Assembly: GCF_019464535.1 (NCBI RefSeq)
Contig: NZ_CP080507.1
Location: 840,001 to 872,000, forward strand
DNA length: 32,000 bases
Direction: 5' to 3'
DNA from: Horticoccus luteus
GTDB lineage: Bacteria; Verrucomicrobiota; Verrucomicrobiia; Opitutales; Opitutaceae
Shown: one piece after another, positions 23,136 to 32,000 of the stretch
Layout of the letters: every line of letters begins with the position of its first letter
Position numbering within the stretch: position 1 is the first letter of the stretch
The notes under the pieces: generated by a model
Seen by the model: only the letters and a program-made list of their open reading frames with translations
Databases searched by the model: none
What the model was told of the DNA's origin: nothing
Position numbers and translations under genes: made by a program

Positions 23136-25232
23136 ATGAAGCAGACTCGCAGAAACTTCCTGCAAACGACTTCTCTGCTCGCGGCTTCGTTGCCGCTCTC
23201 AGCCCGGCTTTCCGCCATGACTACCCCCGCTTCTTCCTCCGCTGCGGCGCCCGCAGGGGCGCAACGCGGCTTGCTGTTCGACGACGCGGATTTGCCGCGC
23301 ATCCGAGCCAATACCACCGATCCGCGTTTTGCGGCGCTTTGGCAGTCGATGCTCGCTGCGGACATGGCGGCCGACACCGATTTTCTCGAGCACCATGTGC
23401 GGCTGCACAATCACGTCGTAGATATGTTGCACGTGCAAAAAATTCTGGAGCGCGCGTCGTTTATCTACGTCGTGAATCGCGATCCGGCGCAACTGAAGCT
23501 CGCACGGCTGGCGATCCGGCGGCTGTTGGATTATCCGGATTGGGACAACTTCATCGAGGGCGGGCGGCAGATCATTGGTCTGCAGCGCGCGCCGGAGGCG
23601 ACGGTGGCGTTGCTCTTTGCGATCGAGTGGCTCGGCGATGGGTTGAGCGCGGCGGAGCGTGAGGAGATCGAGCAGGCGGTCGTGGCGAAGGGCGTGCCGG
23701 CGAGTTACACGAGCGTGTATGGGATGAAATATCCCGACCGCGTGAAAGGCTGGGAATGGAATCCGCGGAGCGAGGTGGATGAGTTTCGCTATATCGATTT
23801 GAAACGCTGGCCGTTGATTCTCGCGGCGACGAATTTACGGATCATCCCGACCGGGGCGCTCGGTATTGCGGCGTGCTATTTTCACGACCGGCTGCCGCAG
23901 GCGGCGGGATGGCTGGAGCTGGCGCGGTCGAGCGCGAAGTCGTTTTCGTCGATGTATGGCAGCGACGGCAGCTACGACGAGGGCGTGAGCTACTGGGGCT
24001 ATACGACGTTGTTCATGGCGATGTTTGCCGAGGTGTTGTGGCGCAAGACGGGCATCGATGACCGGTCGTTGATCAACTACCCGGGCACCGTGCGCTACGC
24101 GTTGAGCATGACGATGCCGACGATCGACAGCGGGCTCAAGGTGCAGGATTTCCAGCACGTGAAGGGTTACATGATGCCGACGGTGAAGCCGGAGCACGAC
24201 ATCGTGAACTTTGGCGATGCGAACGGCGCGGTGGATGTCTCGGTGGCGGCGTGGGTCGAGCGCACGAAGCACGATGCGGTGGCGCAGTTCGTGGCGCGCG
24301 ACATCGGTGAGGCGAAGTTTCACTTCGGGATGATCTGGTATGACGCCGGCGTGAAGGCAGCGGCACCGGAGGCGGCGTTACTCGATCACCGCATGAGCAA
24401 CGATCTCGTGGTGTCGCGGACGGGCTGGGCGGCGGAGGACAGTGTGCTGGCGCTGCGCAGCGGCGGACCGGCGAATCATGAGCACGCGGATCGCAACAGC
24501 ATTATCTTCAAAGCGCATGGGGAGCGCTTGCTGCACGATCCTTTTCGCGCGGCGTATGTGCGGACCGATCCGCGCTGGCTGCTGCGGCTGACACCGGCGC
24601 ATACGGCGGTGTTGATCGACGGCAAGGGCCATCAATATCACGACGGCAGCGAAGGCACGAACGCGTCGTGGGCGTTTGCGCGCGTGATCGATTTCCGGAC
24701 GGGCGAGGGATGGATGACCGTGACGAGCGACGCCACGGATGCCTACGCGCTCGTGAACGAAAATGTGCAGCGGGTGCAGCGGACGCTCGTGTTTCTAAAA
24801 CCGGAAGTCGTGGTGATCTTCGATCGCGTCGCGATGAAGGGAGCGCCGCTGACGGTGCAACTGCACTTTCAGGCGAACAACGAAGATTTGGGCGCGAAGG
24901 TGTCGGCGTCCGGTTCGGAGTTTCTGATCGAGCGCCCGCGGGCGTCGTTGCGCGGTCGCGTGGCGGCGGCGGGCGCGGTGACCGTGGCAACGGACAAGCT
25001 CCCGCTCGCAGAGAAGGACGGGATTTACCCGTTTGCAGCGGTCGAGTCGGCGGCGGCGAACGAACACGAGATCGTCACGGTTTGCACGGCGCGGCCGAAG
25101 GGCGAGGCGCACGGCGACGTGCGCATCGTGCGCGACGGTGGGGCGTGGCGGGTGCAGGGCGAGCACGGCGGCCGACGGATCGATGTGCGGCTGGCGGCCA
25201 CGGGCGACGGCGCGCCGGCGGTCACGCTTTGA
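23136..25232 (+). CDS. Tat-exported heparinase II/III-like polysaccharide lyase family protein
   Basis: ATG at 23136 gives MKQTRRNFLQTTSLLAASLPLSA, a twin-arginine signal (RRNFL). The C-terminal half carries the Hepar_II_III-like motif 'GGPANHEHADRNSIIFKAHGERLLHDP'. The alginate-lyase-like helical N-terminal half is inferred. Stop is TGA at 25230-25232. Confidence 0.78.
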   Translation: MKQTRRNFLQTTSLLAASLPLSARLSAMTTPASSSAAAPAGAQRGLLFDDADLPRIRANTTDPRFAALWQSMLAADMAADTDFLEHHVRLHNHVVDMLHVQKILERASFIYVVNRDPAQLKLARLAIRRLLDYPDWDNFIEGGRQIIGLQRAPEATVALLFAIEWLGDGLSAAEREEIEQAVVAKGVPASYTSVYGMKYPDRVKGWEWNPRSEVDEFRYIDLKRWPLILAATNLRIIPTGALGIAACYFHDRLPQAAGWLELARSSAKSFSSMYGSDGSYDEGVSYWGYTTLFMAMFAEVLWRKTGIDDRSLINYPGTVRYALSMTMPTIDSGLKVQDFQHVKGYMMPTVKPEHDIVNFGDANGAVDVSVAAWVERTKHDAVAQFVARDIGEAKFHFGMIWYDAGVKAAAPEAALLDHRMSNDLVVSRTGWAAEDSVLALRSGGPANHEHADRNSIIFKAHGERLLHDPFRAAYVRTDPRWLLRLTPAHTAVLIDGKGHQYHDGSEGTNASWAFARVIDFRTGEGWMTVTSDATDAYALVNENVQRVQRTLVFLKPEVVVIFDRVAMKGAPLTVQLHFQANNEDLGAKVSASGSEFLIERPRASLRGRVAAAGAVTVATDKLPLAEKDGIYPFAAVESAAANEHEIVTVCTARPKGEAHGDVRIVRDGGAWRVQGEHGGRRIDVRLAATGDGAPAVTL

Positions 25233-25278
25233 GGCGCGGGCGCGATTGAGCGGTTGGTCCGGCGGTTAAGTTATATCC

Positions 25279-27066
25279 ATGCCAAGCTTCAACACGGTAA
25301 ACGGGATCGATTACGTCCTGATTGCACTGTATTTCGTGATCGTCATCTGGGTCGGCTTTTACGCGGCCGGAAAAAACAAGGGGACGAACGACTTTTTCAA
25401 AGCGAGCGGGCAGGTGCCGTGGTTCATGGCGGGCGTATCAAGCTGGGTGTCGGGTTTTTCGGCTTTCATGTTCGTGGCGGCGGCGGGCTACACGTATAAG
25501 CATGGGTCGGGTTCGCTGCTGCTGTTTACGTCGGCAGTGTGGGGTTACCTGCTGGGGTATTTCTATTTTGCGGCGATCTGGCGGCGGGCGCGGATCCAGG
25601 CGCCGCTGGAATTTTTGACGCGGCGGTATTCGCCTTCGACGACGTATTTTTATACGGTGACGGCCATCGTGCCGCAGGTGGTGGGCATCGGGCAGGGGTT
25701 GTATATTTTGTGCATCTTCATCTCGGCGGCGCTGGGTTTTGATCGCGAGGTCTTCCATCTTTTCGGGCTCCCGCTGACGGGCCTGCAACTGAGCATGCTC
25801 GTGGTGGGCACGGTGATGATTGTTTACAGCGTGGTCGGCGGATTGTGGGCGGCGGTGCTGTCGGACGCGGTGCAGGGTGTGATCATCCTGACGATGTCGG
25901 CGATGATTCTGCCGATCTCGATGGCTTATCTGGGCCACGGCGGCGGCGTGATGGCGGGAGTGCATCGGCTGTTCACCGAGTTGCCGCGCGAACTGGTGGT
26001 GCCGAGCGGCGAGCCGGTTGATCCGTGGTTTCTGGGATCGTTTATTCTGGCCTCGTTGCTGGGCTACAACGTGGCGTGGCATTTCGCGCAGCGTTACAAC
26101 AGCGTGCCGACGGAGCGGGATGCGAAGAAGATGGCGATGCTGGGCGCGGTGTTGTCGGTCATCGGGCCGGTGGCGTGGGTGCTGCCGGTGATGGGCTCGC
26201 GCTTGATTTTTCCGGACATGCACGCGTTGTGGCCAAACTTGAAGGCGCCGGAGGAGGCGTCGTTTGTGAGCCTCGCGATGTTCCTGCTGCCGCACGGCAT
26301 GGTGGGCTTCGTGGTGGCGGCGATTTTGTCGGCGACGCTGGGGCAGGCGAACGACGCGTTCAACTGGCTCTCGGCGGCGATCACGAAGGATGTTTACGTG
26401 CCATTGCGCCGGCGCTTCACGAAACGGGAGACGTCGGACAGGCACCAGATGCGAACGGCGCAAGTGACGATGTTCATCATCGGCGTGACCGGGGTAGTGC
26501 TGGCGTTTGTGATTTCGACGATGGGCGGCGCGTTCGATTTTGCGTTGAAATACTATTCGCTCACGGGACCGGGGTTTTCGATGCCGGTGGCGTTGGGTTT
26601 GATCTATCGGAAGACGCCGTGGTGGTCGGGGATCGCGTCGTGCGTGGCGGGGTTTACGGCGGCGTTTGGGTTGCTCGCGATCGACGCGTTTCCGGAGCAC
26701 GTTTACGCGCGCAACATTCTGAGTGCATCGATCGCGTCCACGGTGGTGTTTGCGATTTCGGCGCTGTGGTGGAATGCGCGCGATCCGAAGAGCGCGCCGG
26801 CGATCGCGCTCGACCGCGATTTGCGGACGCCGGTGCCGGAGCCGGCGGGACCACAGGGCCACGGCGCGCTGGGAGTTTATGCGGTGATCGGCAACATCAG
26901 CCTGCTCATCGGCGTAGTGCTGCTCGCGTGCTGGTTTGTGCCTTCGACCGAGGTGGCGCCGGCGACACTGAACGTGGTGGGCGGCGCGATCCTGATTGCG
27001 GTCGGGTTCGCGTTGCGCTGGGTCGCGCGGCCGACGAAGGCGGACGTCGCGGCGAACGGGAAGTGA
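25279..27066 (+). CDS. Sodium:solute symporter (SSF) family transporter
   Basis: ATG at 25279 lies 46 nt after the heparinase-like gene on the same strand, so an operon is likely. The protein is highly hydrophobic with about 13-14 predicted helices. SSF-like segments include 'FFKASGQVPWFMAGVSSWVSGFSAFMFVAAAG' and 'GGLWAAVLSDAVQGVIIL'. Confidence 0.8.
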   Translation: MPSFNTVNGIDYVLIALYFVIVIWVGFYAAGKNKGTNDFFKASGQVPWFMAGVSSWVSGFSAFMFVAAAGYTYKHGSGSLLLFTSAVWGYLLGYFYFAAIWRRARIQAPLEFLTRRYSPSTTYFYTVTAIVPQVVGIGQGLYILCIFISAALGFDREVFHLFGLPLTGLQLSMLVVGTVMIVYSVVGGLWAAVLSDAVQGVIILTMSAMILPISMAYLGHGGGVMAGVHRLFTELPRELVVPSGEPVDPWFLGSFILASLLGYNVAWHFAQRYNSVPTERDAKKMAMLGAVLSVIGPVAWVLPVMGSRLIFPDMHALWPNLKAPEEASFVSLAMFLLPHGMVGFVVAAILSATLGQANDAFNWLSAAITKDVYVPLRRRFTKRETSDRHQMRTAQVTMFIIGVTGVVLAFVISTMGGAFDFALKYYSLTGPGFSMPVALGLIYRKTPWWSGIASCVAGFTAAFGLLAIDAFPEHVYARNILSASIASTVVFAISALWWNARDPKSAPAIALDRDLRTPVPEPAGPQGHGALGVYAVIGNISLLIGVVLLACWFVPSTEVAPATLNVVGGAILIAVGFALRWVARPTKADVAANGK

Positions 27067-27130
27067 TGGCGCCGTCGCGCCGTGGGGCGAGCGAGGCGAC
27101 GCGCGGGCGGCCCGGCGCAGGGCGGCGCGA

Positions 27131-29131
27131 TTACGGCGCGGGTGGCAGCAGGGCGGGGCTCAAGCGCGCTGCGGTTTGGAATTGGTAGTTCGCCTCGGCG
27201 GTGCGCCCGAGGCGGTGCAGGACGCGCGCGAGATCGAGATGCGCTTCGGCGTTGTCGGGCAGCAGGCGGACGACGGTCTCGAGCTGGACGGCGGCATCCG
27301 CGAGCTGACCGGCTTGCAACAGCGCGCGAGCGTAGGTGCCCGCGAGTTGCGGGTTGTCGGGCGCGAGCGAGACGGCGCGCTCAAAATGCGCGCGAGCGGG
27401 CGCGAAGCCGGACGTGAGCATGATCGCGATGCCCCAGTTCAGCTCGGCATCCGCGAAATCGGGGCGCAGGTGAAGGGCGCGTTGGAAATGCGGGATTGCT
27501 TGCGCGGCGCGATCCAAGCGAGTGAGCGCCTGGCCAAGATTATTTTCCGCTTCGGGGAAAGCGGGTTGCAGGCGCAAGGCCGACTCGAAGGCAGGGACAG
27601 CGTCGGCGGCGCGATCAAGCTGCAGGAGGACGGAACCCAGGTTATTGAACGCTTGGAAATAACGCGGCTCGAGTTGCACCGCGCGCTGGAGGTGGGGCAG
27701 CGCTTCGGAAAAGCGTCCCAGCCGCGCGAGGTCGTCGCCGAGGCTATTCTCCGCGAGGGGATAATCGGGGTGCAGACGCAGCACCGTCTCGACGAGCGGC
27801 AGAGCATCGGCGGGACGGCCTTCGTTGGCGTAGATGACCGCGAGGTTTTGATACGCGAGCCACGCGTCGGGATTTCGCGCGATCGTCGTCTGGTAGAGTG
27901 TGGTGGCGTCGCGATACGTGGCGCATTGCCGCCAAGTCAGGACGCCGAGACATGCGGGGAGAGCGGCGAGGAGCGTCCGGCGGGCCGTGGCGGGCCAGCG
28001 GGTGGTGATTGACCACAGCGCGGCGGCGAGCAAAGCGAAGACACCGAGGCTGGCGAGGTATTGAAAGTGGTCCGCGACGTAGGAAAAGAGGAAGGGGTAG
28101 ACGTTGACGAAACCGAGGGCGGGGAAAAGCGTGCCGCCGAAAAGGAGCGCAGCGGCGAGCGGCGCGCGCGTGCGGCGGCTCGACCACACCAGTGCAGCCA
28201 GGAGGGCGAGAGCGGCGAGGAGTGAGAACCAGAGTTCGGGAGCGGACACGTGGATGGACCAGCGCGGATAGATGAAGATCAGATCCGCGGGCCAGACGAG
28301 TTTGCCGAGGTAGAACCAAAAATTGCGGCCGGCGAGGAGAAGGCGGGCGGTGAAACTGAGGGCGAAGTCGGCGCCTTGCGCACCGATCAAGGTGCGTTCG
28401 ACGTGGGCGGTAAAGAGGCCGGCGGCGGCGCCGCAGAGGAACCACGGGAGGAGCGGGCCCACGTCGCGGCGCAAATCGAGGCGGCCGCGTTTCCACCAGA
28501 GCACGACGAGGAGGGCGGCGGGGAGGGTGGCGGTGACTGTTTTGGTGAGGAGCGCGCCGACAAACCAGAGGCCCGCCCAAGCGTAGGACGAGCGCCGGCG
28601 ATCATGGTCGAAGTCGAGGTAGGCGAGGACGCCGAGCAAATAGAAGATCGCGGACAACGTGTTCTTTTGTTCGGAGATCCAAGCCACGGATTCCACGCAG
28701 ACGGGATGGAGTGCAAAGAGCACTGCGGCGAACCAGGCACCGGGCACGGCGAGGCGGAGCAGCACGCGGGCGAAGAGGCAGGCGGCGGTGGCGTGGAGAG
28801 CGATGTTGGCGAGATGGTAACCGAGCGGTGCCGCGCCCCAGAGAAGATGCTCCAACCAGAATGCCGAGTGCAGCAGAGGATAATATTGCTGCGTGGCGCC
28901 GACCTCGAACCAGATGCGAAACAGGCCGGCGAAGGATTGCAGGTCCGCGCGGGTGACGTGGCCGTCGTCGTCCCAAATAAACCCGCTGTGCAGGGCGGGC
29001 AGATAGGCGAGCAGCACGGCGAGCGCGAGGAGCGCGCAGGCCCAAGCGGCGGGTTGAGTGCCGGTGGCAGTGGCGGCGGTCGGGTCGGCGGGGGCGGGGG
29101 CCGCGGGCCGGCGGGTTCGGGCGGAGGCCAT
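27131..29131 (-). CDS. TMTC-like membrane protein: N-terminal polytopic GT-C-type domain (DUF1736-like) + C-terminal TPR array
   Basis: The probable start is ATG at 29131 (MASARTRRPAAP...); the extension to 29236 crosses the neighbour's terminator. The first loop after TM1 carries 'GFIWDDDGHV' (DDD at 28964-28972). About 10 hydrophobic helices follow, then at least 8 TPR units, e.g. 'AWLAYQNLAVIYANEGRPADALPLVETVLRLHPDYPLAENSLGDDLARLGRFSEALPHLQRAVQLEPRYFQAFNNLG'. Confidence 0.8.
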   Translation of the reverse strand: MASARTRRPAAPAPADPTAATATGTQPAAWACALLALAVLLAYLPALHSGFIWDDDGHVTRADLQSFAGLFRIWFEVGATQQYYPLLHSAFWLEHLLWGAAPLGYHLANIALHATAACLFARVLLRLAVPGAWFAAVLFALHPVCVESVAWISEQKNTLSAIFYLLGVLAYLDFDHDRRRSSYAWAGLWFVGALLTKTVTATLPAALLVVLWWKRGRLDLRRDVGPLLPWFLCGAAAGLFTAHVERTLIGAQGADFALSFTARLLLAGRNFWFYLGKLVWPADLIFIYPRWSIHVSAPELWFSLLAALALLAALVWSSRRTRAPLAAALLFGGTLFPALGFVNVYPFLFSYVADHFQYLASLGVFALLAAALWSITTRWPATARRTLLAALPACLGVLTWRQCATYRDATTLYQTTIARNPDAWLAYQNLAVIYANEGRPADALPLVETVLRLHPDYPLAENSLGDDLARLGRFSEALPHLQRAVQLEPRYFQAFNNLGSVLLQLDRAADAVPAFESALRLQPAFPEAENNLGQALTRLDRAAQAIPHFQRALHLRPDFADAELNWGIAIMLTSGFAPARAHFERAVSLAPDNPQLAGTYARALLQAGQLADAAVQLETVVRLLPDNAEAHLDLARVLHRLGRTAEANYQFQTAARLSPALLPPAP

Positions 29132-29192
29132 CGCGGGGGGATTAGGAGGAGCGGCGCGGGCGTCGCGACACTTTTTCGCGGGCGGAAGGAGC

Positions 29193-29227
29193 AAAAAAAA
29201 ACGCCGCCACCGGGCAGGTGGCGGCGT
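29193..29227 (-). terminator. Rho-independent terminator of the TonB-dependent-receptor-like gene
   Basis: On the minus strand: a 10-bp stem ACGCCGCCAC / GTGGCGGCGT (29201-29210 pairs with 29218-27), a 7-nt loop, then a T-run (the A-run at 29193-29200 on the plus strand). It begins about 25 nt after the stop at 29251. Confidence 0.85.
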
Positions 29228-29250
29228 GGGCAACAACCCTAGCGTTCGAA

Positions 29251-32000
29251 CTACAGGTCGAACGAAGCGGAGAAGATGAATTGTTGGGAATCAACAATGC
29301 GGTAGGTGTGGATGGTGCCGTCGGGGAACGCGCCGATGGGTTGGAGGTGGACCTGTTGACCGAGGTTGCGCGCGTTGAGTTGGAAGGTGGCGCCGACGCG
29401 GTCGTTCCAGAGCTTGGTCTTGTAGGCGATGAACGCATCCACGTAGGTGTGACTCTTGTCGTAGATCGGGCGGTTCGGGTCGAGGTCGGTGATGATCGCG
29501 GGCAGGCTCTGTTTGCCATAGTAGCCGATGGCGGCCTTGTCTTCCCAACGGATGGCGCCGCCCACCGTCATGCGGCTGAGGTATTTGTTGTCGGTGAGGC
29601 CGGCGAGCTGGTAGCTCGTGGCGCCGCGGAAGCCGTAACGGCGGATCTGTGGGTTGGTTTTGCCTTCCTGGGCCTTGATGATGCCGAGAGGGGCACCGAC
29701 GAAGGCCTGGTAGTTCGCTTGCGGAGTCTGCGCGGTGGCGGAATAGGAGGCAGGCGTGCCGGCGACCGGGGCGGCGGAATACTTGTGCAACCACCAAAGT
29801 TTGCCGGGATTGTTTTCGGCGGCGGCGTTGGCATCGGTGATGGACGGGTCGACGATGGTGGTCCAGGTCGGCATGCGTTCGTCGATCCAATCGACGAGCG
29901 CTTTCGAGATGTTCTTATTGACGGTTTGATTGTCCGTCAGGGCGGCGGTGAGGGTCCAGTTTTGGGTGGGATTGTAGTTCACCTCGACCTCGGTGCCGCG
30001 GGACTGGAGGTCGGAGGTGGCGCCGATGGGCAGCACGGACGCGGCGTTGATATAGTAATCGGCGTCGTCGGGGCTGAACCCGGTCTGCCGGGTCACTTCG
30101 GTGGCGACCTCGGCGGCGGTCCAGGTGGGATGCTGGAAGGCCACCCAGTGATTCGCATTGGCGTAGAGATTCAGGTAGGGCGTGGGATTGCCGGTGCCGG
30201 TCGGCACGAAGTCGAGGCGGAGCACGCGACCGGCGAGGGTGTTGATGTCGTTGGTCTGCGCGTTGCGCTGGAGGTCGTCGTAGCGGGTGACGCGGATGTT
30301 GAGCGTGTTTTTCAGCAACGTGAGATTGAAGCCCCAGCTGGTTTCCGACCCGCTGGTGTTGGGCAGGCGATTGCGGTAAAGATCCTGCGCGGGCGGAGTG
30401 GGCAGGAAGCTGTTCGACTTGTTAAAGTTGACCGAGAGACCGTCGACGAGCTCGCCGAGGAAGCCGTTGGAGCGGGCGATGGACTCACTCCAGCGAGTGT
30501 TGGAAAACGGGCGGACGACAAACTGCACATTGGTCGTGCGGCCACCGGTCGAGAAGTAGTTCGGCTGCCAGCCGTTGACGATAGTATAGTCGAATGACGT
30601 GCCATCGGGCTGGAGTATTTTGTTCGTGGGCGTGCCGGGATTGCCGTATTTGATATAAACGTTGTCGTTGCGGACGCCGAGGGTGGTGACCAGGCGGTCG
30701 TCGAAGAGGTGACTCTGGACGACGGCGCCGTTGGTGCGGATGGTGGTCTTGGAATTGAGCGCGCCACCGGTTTTGTCGGCGGCCACCTGGTCGAGGACGA
30801 GGTTGTCGGTGTGGAAAACGCCCGTGGCCGAGTTGCCCCACACGAACGGATAGGTGCCAAGCTTCAGATCGCCGGGAGCGTAGTCGACATTGTTGCCGAC
30901 CTTGTCGCCGACGTAGAAACGATATTCGCCGGAGGTAACGGGGAGGTTGGCCGGAGTTCCGGAGGGGGCGGATTGAAAACCGGTATAGGTGCCGGCGGGA
31001 ATCCAAGGGGCCGCGGTCATGGCTTCGCGCCAGGAATACTGACGATTAACGCGGTATTTGTATTCGCTGTAGCCGGTGACCTGGAAAGAGCCCAGCCACT
31101 TGAGGAGGTTCTTCTCTTCGGTGAGATCGAGACGGTAGGCGAGTTGGGCGCGGGAGGTGTCCCACTTCTGGGGATTTTCCTGGATGCGGGGTTTGTCGAC
31201 GGCGAGGTAGGGGCGGCCGAGAAAGGGATTGGGGGTGCCATCCAGAAGGCGCTCGTTGATATCGACCATGAGCTGGCCGGACTGGCCGTTGTCGTTGGCG
31301 ATGCCGACAAAATTGCGCGCCCAGCGATCGGAGTCTTCGCGCATGAAGGCGAGCTGCGCGGCGAGCGTTTGGGTGGGCGAATTGAGGAAGAGCTGGTCGA
31401 TCTGTAAGAGGTTGGTGCTGGTGCGATCCCAGAAGCGGTTCGGGGCGGCCAGGTTGATCGAAGTCCAGTCGTAGATGCTGCGGTCGCTCACAGTCGGCGT
31501 CGTGTTGAACAGGTATTGGTCAAACGGACGCGGCGCGGTGCCGGAAAAGACGGAGCCGGCGGCGGCGGTGGTCTGGAGGAAGTGGGAGGCGGTGAAGTTG
31601 CCGATCGGCCCGGTGGCGTTTGTGGTGCTCTGCGGTGCGGACCAATAGGAAAGCCCCGATTGGTCGATGAACATCTGGCTGTGATTGTTGCCAAGGTAGC
31701 TCGAATTAAAATAGTCAGGGCCGTTATAGGTGGCGGCGGTATAGGGTCCGAGCGTGGCGCCGTTGACGTGGACCGTCATCGTGACGGGGTCCCAGGTGGG
31801 TTTGCCGCTGGCGAGCCAATAGGAGAGATTATCGCGCGGTGGGAGCGAGTTGGGGCGATTGCCGTAGGCGTGATAGTTATAGGACGAAAAGCTGATGGTC
31901 GTGAGCTTGAACGGCTGGTATTTGATCATGCCGTTATAGCGTTCTGTGCGGACGCCGGAGGGCTTGAGCTGAAACTCGTCGTCCTGATAGACGGCGCTGC
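29251..32000 (-). CDS. Outer-membrane beta-barrel protein, TonB-dependent-receptor-like; N-terminus lies outside the window
   Basis: Stop is TAG (reverse complement of 29251-29253). The reading frame stays open beyond the first Met (31929) to the window end (…SAVYQDDEFQLKPSGVRTERYNGMIKYQ…). The composition is rich in alternating aromatic/polar beta-strand patterns and N/T/Y/G. The C-terminal strands are '...ATFQLNARNLGQQ...YRIVDSQQFIFSASFDL'. The plug and TonB box are not in the window, so the family call is moderate. Confidence 0.62.
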   Translation of the reverse strand, partial: SAVYQDDEFQLKPSGVRTERYNGMIKYQPFKLTTISFSSYNYHAYGNRPNSLPPRDNLSYWLASGKPTWDPVTMTVHVNGATLGPYTAATYNGPDYFNSSYLGNNHSQMFIDQSGLSYWSAPQSTTNATGPIGNFTASHFLQTTAAAGSVFSGTAPRPFDQYLFNTTPTVSDRSIYDWTSINLAAPNRFWDRTSTNLLQIDQLFLNSPTQTLAAQLAFMREDSDRWARNFVGIANDNGQSGQLMVDINERLLDGTPNPFLGRPYLAVDKPRIQENPQKWDTSRAQLAYRLDLTEEKNLLKWLGSFQVTGYSEYKYRVNRQYSWREAMTAAPWIPAGTYTGFQSAPSGTPANLPVTSGEYRFYVGDKVGNNVDYAPGDLKLGTYPFVWGNSATGVFHTDNLVLDQVAADKTGGALNSKTTIRTNGAVVQSHLFDDRLVTTLGVRNDNVYIKYGNPGTPTNKILQPDGTSFDYTIVNGWQPNYFSTGGRTTNVQFVVRPFSNTRWSESIARSNGFLGELVDGLSVNFNKSNSFLPTPPAQDLYRNRLPNTSGSETSWGFNLTLLKNTLNIRVTRYDDLQRNAQTNDINTLAGRVLRLDFVPTGTGNPTPYLNLYANANHWVAFQHPTWTAAEVATEVTRQTGFSPDDADYYINAASVLPIGATSDLQSRGTEVEVNYNPTQNWTLTAALTDNQTVNKNISKALVDWIDERMPTWTTIVDPSITDANAAAENNPGKLWWLHKYSAAPVAGTPASYSATAQTPQANYQAFVGAPLGIIKAQEGKTNPQIRRYGFRGATSYQLAGLTDNKYLSRMTVGGAIRWEDKAAIGYYGKQSLPAIITDLDPNRPIYDKSHTYVDAFIAYKTKLWNDRVGATFQLNARNLGQQVHLQPIGAFPDGTIHTYRIVDSQQFIFSASFDL

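Noticed and set aside
22887-23410. ORFs 22887..23165 (-) and 23024..23410 (-) in or near the long intergenic region
   Set aside because: They have no motifs and odd composition. The second overlaps the well-supported lyase gene start, so they are likely spurious.
1-32000. Scan for tRNA, rRNA, tmRNA, RNase P, known riboswitch cores and CRISPR repeats
   Set aside because: I saw none by eye: no T-loop GGTTCGAATCC-like sequence, no RNase P GGAAAGTCCGGGC-like core, no B12 box. A covariance-model scan is needed before absence can be claimed.

Overview
High-GC (hand-sampled lines about 65-68% GC) chromosomal segment. By gene content it looks Verrucomicrobiota/Opitutales-like, but that is inference only. 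All calls rest on motif recognition in the supplied ORF translations and on reading the DNA; no searches were run.

The window encodes, in order:
1. A 5'-truncated giant multi-repeat surface protein (>2585 aa: Asp-box propeller, Ig-like, delta-60 and He_PIG repeats).
2. A second secreted He_PIG/Ig-like protein 8 nt downstream, carrying a tandem-duplicated C-terminal module I cannot name.
3. A GHL6-like putative glycoside hydrolase.
4. A secreted TPR protein.
5. A lipoprotein class-B acid phosphatase, translationally coupled to a ROK sugar kinase.
6. A roughly 2.8 kb low-GC islet with two translationally coupled genes: a minimal non-RD Hanks-type Ser/Thr kinase and a 551-aa TPR-like protein.
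7. A large LytS-type sensor histidine kinase (propeller + Y_Y_Y) that appears damaged at both ends and has no partner regulator.
8. A Tat-exported heparinase II/III-like protein followed by a sodium:solute symporter.
9. A TMTC-like GT-C membrane/TPR protein.
10. A 5'-truncated TonB-dependent-receptor-like outer-membrane protein.

No rRNA, tRNA, CRISPR array, transposase or integrase was recognised.

The best candidate for an undescribed system is the kinase + TPR islet (16551-19380). It is compositionally foreign, is preceded by a tandem 20-bp repeat, and sits where the histidine kinase's cognate response regulator would be expected. I propose it as a candidate kinase-based defence/abortive-infection or toxin-like module. 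This is unproven.
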